IMG/VR virus record: IMGVR_UViG_3300046788_000036
Span: 1 to 42,490 of that record
Origin: a virus
Taxonomy: Duplodnaviria; Caudoviricetes
DNA: 42,490 nt
Strand: one strand, 5' to 3'
Position numbers and translations under genes: made by a program. Position 1 is the first letter of the stretch; each line of letters opens with the position of its first letter. The notes under the pieces were generated by a model. That model saw nothing but the letters and a program-made list of their open reading frames with translations, was not told the origin of the DNA and made no database searches. Positions 42,437 to 42,490 of the stretch are shown in pieces.

Positions 42437-42490
42437 CGCGCCAGCCCGATCACAAGGATGATCCCCATCGTCGCCAGGACGAGGAAGAAG
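42399..42490. repeat. Terminal direct repeat, right copy
   Basis: Matches 1-92 at 90/92 positions. Confidence 0.95.

Overview
The window is a complete, circularly closed genome (about 42.4 kb) of a tailed phage with podovirus-type architecture. A 92-bp terminal overlap (1-92 = 42399-42490) closes the circle. The host is probably a Gram-negative proteobacterium (spanin pair, IHF box, dif-like site). The minus strand carries the late module: terS, terL, a cluster of small basic proteins, portal, scaffold, DUF5309/SU10-type capsid, adaptor, fibre-like proteins, nozzle, ejection proteins, tailspike and lysis genes. Two divergent control regions (27.2-27.5 kb and 37.4-37.7 kb) each contain a ribbon-helix-helix regulator. 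The plus strand carries two early blocks, one with a Rad52/Sak-NinB-HNH recombination module. I recognise no integrase, cI/Cro-type repressor, DNA polymerase, primase or helicase. Four items stand out. (1) A 28-bp XerCD dif-like site with an adjacent IHF box overlaps the terS stop codon. (2) A phage-encoded sugar-tailoring operon (methyltransferase, split transketolase, 2OG-Fe(II) oxygenase, SDR, glycosyltransferase) is accompanied by a second glycosyltransferase inside the head-tail module. (3) A ~430-nt densely base-paired non-coding region has its own promoter and lies upstream of a minimal replication gene. (4) Neighbouring virion genes share short peptide tags (WTPE, KSWLG, GLL). All calls come from reading motifs by eye; no database searches were run.
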